From assembly GCA_021432655.1 (NCBI GenBank), contig MU271251.1, positions 62,001-95,317 on the forward strand: a DNA stretch of 33,317 nucleotides. The letters are read 5' to 3'. The position numbers were made by a program, and so were the translations under genes. The DNA comes from Atractiella rhizophila (Eukaryota). Shown here piece by piece: positions 33,001 through 33,317 of the stretch. Every line of letters begins with the position of its first letter. The stretch's first letter is position 1. The notes under the pieces were generated by a model. The model did not search any database. It was not told where the DNA came from and saw nothing but the letters and a program-made list of their open reading frames with translations.

Positions 33001-33317
33001 GCTTGGGGAGGTGGGTTTGAAATAGTTCGCGTGGGTTCAGGCCGCGATTCGCCATCTGTGCTGTCCCACATAGCTTTATCCAGCATCTCGTCCACAAGAG
33101 AATTGAAGAGAGTTGGATTGTCCTCATTGTCAGAAATCAGCATAATCTTCTCCAACTCCTCTTTGATCTCCTTCAAGCCCATAGTTGACATTCTCCTTTG
33201 CTCCCGCTCGCGTGGACTGACACTGTTCCCGGCGATACTGGAAGAGCTTCGCGAGCCAGCAGATGACGGTCTCAAGCTCTTATTGCTCGACGAAAGCTGT
33301 TCATCCGGCAACGCGGA
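30005..33317 (-). CDS. Large Ser/Pro-rich, largely disordered protein of unknown function; 5' end lies beyond the window
   Basis: A 994-codon open frame continues to the window edge. Introns 30314-30360 and 30031-30083 add a C-terminus RGLGLRSVTDDEALRQGGAQHPLRWVGVGRGRYGNL...VRKKWRAFG..NEGWAEVRID* (TAA 30005-30007). Confidence 0.85.

Noticed and set aside
1..33317. tRNA, rRNA, CRISPR array, transposase/RT/integrase or biosynthetic cluster
   Set aside because: By eye I found no cloverleaf, repeat-spacer array, long terminal repeat pair or catalytic motif. The genes are functionally unrelated housekeeping and accessory loci. A covariance-model and repeat-library scan would be needed to exclude small or degenerate elements.

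Overview
Eukaryotic, intron-dense fungal DNA. It looks basidiomycete-like, inferred from mostly 45-75 nt GT-AG introns with CTRAC/CTRAT-type branch points and from the protein sequences. I reconstructed the splicing by hand. The many short ORFs collapse into about 11 genes: a UPF0643-like protein (+), an anoctamin/Ist2-type TMEM16 protein (+), an orphan micro-exon membrane protein (+), a Usp-domain protein (+), an F-box/LRR-like protein (-), golgin CASP/COY1 (+), Mediator MED14 (-, spanning five separate ORF-track entries), SNU23 (+), an atypical NAD(P)-binding Rossmann oxidoreductase (+), HAP2/NF-YA (-) and an ArAE_2/FUSC-like transporter (+). A large Ser/Pro-rich protein (-) runs off the right edge. 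I saw no tRNA, rRNA, CRISPR array or intact transposon. The best lead is an inverted pair of perfect ATCTGATAA motifs (the SreA/Fep1-type iron-GATA consensus) plus a CCAAT box just upstream of a somewhat divergent HAP2, in a region shared with the divergent transporter. Other leads are three outsized, hairpin-containing early introns (416, 829 and 720 nt), the hidden micro-exon orphan gene and apparent decayed coding remnants. All family assignments come from recognising motifs, not from database searches.
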